Source: Convolutriloba macropyga (Eukaryota). From it: 64,000 bases of DNA. Shown here piece after piece: positions 61,002-64,000 of this stretch. Location of the stretch: assembly GCF_964194025.1 (NCBI RefSeq), contig NC_134480.1, forward strand, positions 18,352,001 to 18,416,000, read 5' to 3'. How positions within the stretch are numbered: the first letter of the stretch is position 1; each line of letters begins with the position of its first letter. Below the pieces are notes generated by a model. It made no database searches. It was not told the DNA's origin and saw only the letters and a list, made by a program, of their open reading frames with translations. The translations under genes were made by a program, and so were the position numbers.

Positions 61002-62987
61002 TGGTTTTTGTTGTCGTGCCGATCAACCTCATTTATTAAATTGTTCAAAGGTTATATCTGAATCTAAACTTTGCTTTCAATTGATGGCTAGTCATAGATA
61101 AAAAAGACGGCCTTTAATCTTGTGGAAATTTGGTGAGTTTCTTAAATATTTGGTTTTCCACTCATCTGTTTCTTTTTGTATTAAATTTTGTCGTTTATAT
61201 TTGGACCTATCAATTATTCGAATCGCTTACCAGACCTATTGTCTTTCAAGGAAACATAATCAAAGCTCCTATATTTGTCCATTTAAAAACCAAGGTTAAT
61301 GAAAGTTTATAAGATCATTTTGAATAATAATAAACATATAAAAATTTTGCGCCTTCATTGTTTTGTTTTTTAATAATCTCTCGAAGTTAAACGAAGTGAT
61401 CCATTGAGTCTAGCAAATGCCACGTTCGTCCTAGTGGTGCATTGATGCCGTTGTTTGAGTTGGTTTGTGGGCAATAAATGATTTTGTTTACTTTGACAAC
61501 GTGTTTTGGGCATTTCTGTTCATATATTGTTTTGTTAATAAGTCCCAATGCTGAGAGCTCTCTTTCATGTTATGAGATATAATAATGCCACATGATGTCG
61601 CTCATTTACGGTTATTAATTTCGATTTCTCCGAGTCTATTTTTTAGTAACAATTTTGTAAAATTTTTGAGTTGCTGTAGATTGTTTTTTCTGAAGGTTTG
61701 ATACAGTCTGAGTAATGGCAGATCTAGTTGCAGAAGTGGCATAGGAAAAGCTTTTGAGTGGCTGAAGTTTTTATAGCTTAGAAATTTAATGACTGACACT
61801 TTTTGAATAAGTACAAAAGAATTTTGAGTTCTGTGGGTTTTTATTTTTGTTGCCCTCCGATCTCGTTTTAGTTAAGTTTCATCATTGAAAACTGAGTATA
61901 CCTAAATAAAAATTTGTTTTCAATTGATGGCTTATCATTGCTTCGAAAATGACGCCATTTACGTGAAATTATGAGTTTTGTCAATAGTTTGTTTTTCAAT
62001 TTCTTTTCTTTAACTTGGTTCTTTTCAATTGTTCTTATCAAATTTTTGATTGCTGATAAGTCCTGTGGGTTTTCTCAGGAGGCACATTTGAGGGGTCTGA
62101 ATGTGTTCATTCGCCAACGAAAGGGTTTTAATTTTTGATTCAAAAATAATAAAATTTCGGAAAAAGTTCTTTTAATATTGTATTGTCGACTCATAAATTA
62201 GCATTATTGAAATGTCACAGCTGCTTCATACTCAATCCTATTGCTCCGTAGATTTAGCTTGTGGAGTGGCTGAAGTTTTATAGCTTATAAATTTAATGAC
62301 TGACAGTTTGTTTTTGCTCCGTAGTTTGCTGTGAGGTTGTATTTTGTCAGCACTAAAAGTTTTCAAAGAAATTGGGGTTTTTGTTTAGGATCATTGATAT
62401 TTTTTAAGTTCCATGGTTAGACATGAATTACTGCAATCGTGACTTAAATAGTGATTATATAACTTTGGTCTACTCTATTTGAATTTGATCTGATTTTAGA
62501 TGATTTTGCATTCTGAATTTAGATTTCTGAGTGATTGCAGAGATTTTTTTTTACTTCTGTGCTCACTTTGTGCTCACTTTCCACTCAATTTTTTTCGGTA
62601 AAAACATTTCACGTGACAAAAAGTTTTTTTTTCTATTTATGAGTTGCTAATTAGCATTAGATGTGATTTCTTGTCTGTTTTGCTATTTGTTCTAGTGTTC
62701 ATTTTACTGAAATAAAAAAATTGATCTCATTGTTATGGACGGCTTTTTTGTATGGTCGGTTATCCTTTTTAAGAAACTATCAAAAAACTAACAAGCGAAA
62801 ATCTGAACTGCCTTTTACAGAGGCAGTTTATCTCTGCTTCATTTGGTAAACCATCGAGACAATATTTTGGGTGGGCGGGGTCGGAACATTATTTGCCATC
62901 GCTTATTAGCGAGTCTCCTTATTGGTTCTACTGGCTAACCTCTGGATGGGACTGTATTTAAATTAATTGATTTGAACGCATTTTCAG

Positions 62988-63261
62988 CATTGTGGTCGAC
63001 CTCTTGGAATTGAGATGGTGAACAACAGAAGCATAATATTCGCTGACTCATATCATGGTCTTTTCTCAGTCAACTTGGAGACGAAGAAACAGACTCGCCT
63101 ATTCCCCAGACACGACGACAACGATTTCGACCTCATGAATTCCACCTTCAAGTTCCTTAACAGTCTGCAAGTGCACGAGGATGCGATTTACATCACTCAC
63201 TCCAGCGCTGTCTACCAGCGGGAGGAATTCGTCAATGCCTTCTTAGAGCCAGACTGCTCAG
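62988..63261 (+). CDS. APMAP: APMAP-like, exon 3
   Basis: Acceptor TTTTCAG 62987; HCGRPLGIEM..FADSYHGLFSVN..FKFLNSL..IYITHSS; donor CAG|GTTGGT 63262. Confidence 0.9.
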
Positions 63262-63730
63262 GTTGGTTGCCTGAGATTATTTTCGAGGACGGCTTCATTA
63301 CGGTACGACTGTTGAGTTTTACGCGTCGCAATTGGACTCATTTGATACTGAATTTCACTTCCTATCTTAATACATAAGTTGCTATTTACTTGATTTGGGA
63401 GTTCCATTAGTTCCATTAGTTCCATTAGTACTTCATTGGATTTATGCGGGTGTTGGGGATGGGGGGAGGGGCTCGATATTTGAAGGCTCGTCTTTATTTC
63501 CAAAATGTTCAAAAAACGTAATTAAAGCCTCTACATGTGCAGTTTTTCACCGCACCAAATAACTCAAGTTAGGCAACAAAGAAAATGGAAAAGTATAAGA
63601 TACAAGATCAAGGATAATTTAGCATGGTAAGACGCAGAACCAAGAATTGCTTGCAAAGATCCGTGAATGCCGATTAGAGGTAGCTGAAGAGGTCAAAATA
63701 ATTTGCTGACAAAATGGTCTCTATTCTCAG

Positions 63731-63949
63731 GTGGAATAATAAAACTGGACAGGAAGAGTCTGGAGCACTCGTTGATACTATCTGGAATTTGTTTTCCCAA
63801 CGGAATTAGCACGGACAGTTTGGATCCCGACTACTTAATTGTTAGCGAGTTGGCAAAGGCAAGACTGTTGAGAGTGAACAAACACACTGGAGAGTACACT
63901 GTGTTCGCAGACGGACTGCCTGGATATCCAGACAACATCAGGACTGACG
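63731..63949 (+). CDS. APMAP: APMAP-like, exon 4 (gene continues beyond window)
   Basis: Acceptor TTCTCAG 63730; GICFPNGIS..LIVSELAKARLLR..VFADGLPGYPDNIR; donor G|GTTAGA 63950. Confidence 0.9.
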
Positions 63950-64000
63950 GTTAGAGAAATTTGATAACTTGGCAGTAGTGGGAGTAGGAGTTTACCTCGT

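Larger units (their letters stand above)
59033..62922 (+). mobile_element. HINE-like element family 4, ~3.9 kb including nested family 1b and 3 copies
   Basis: 5' TGTTCGGACCCC; subterminal GGGGTCGGAACA at 62877; end AGCGAGTCTCCTTATT; first 200 bp colinear with 54209-54420. Confidence 0.6.

Noticed and set aside
46481-61799. Short F/L/K-rich ORFs in intergenic and intronic DNA
   Set aside because: Composition reflects AT-rich repeat DNA; no motifs or splice support.

Overview
AT-rich, intron-containing eukaryotic (invertebrate animal) DNA; no rRNA, tRNA or CRISPR recognised. Bases 1-16.4 kb are two abutting tandem arrays built from dead fragments of a CRE-like (restriction-like endonuclease) non-LTR retrotransposon. 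One has a ~1711-bp unit that is a chimera of two diverged element copies (at least 4.5 units, running off the left edge). The other has 11 units of ~769 bp (endonuclease tail plus ~335 bp of the DNA immediately upstream of aconitase), with subfamilies and higher-order repeats. Five + strand genes follow: mitochondrial aconitase ACO2 (4 exons, 770 aa), an orphan 241-aa two-TM protein, GTDC1/QTMAN (2 exons, plus a decayed partial duplicate), RPS25 (2 coding exons) and an APMAP/strictosidine-synthase-like gene running off the right edge. The large introns (5.8-9.8 kb) contain at least four families of non-autonomous Helentron/HINE-like elements nested in one another. Splicing oddities: every gene has an AG acceptor 2-16 nt before its ATG (possible SL trans-splicing/operons), most donors have a pyrimidine at +3, and one intron is best explained as GA-AG. 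All calls are by eye; no database searches were run.
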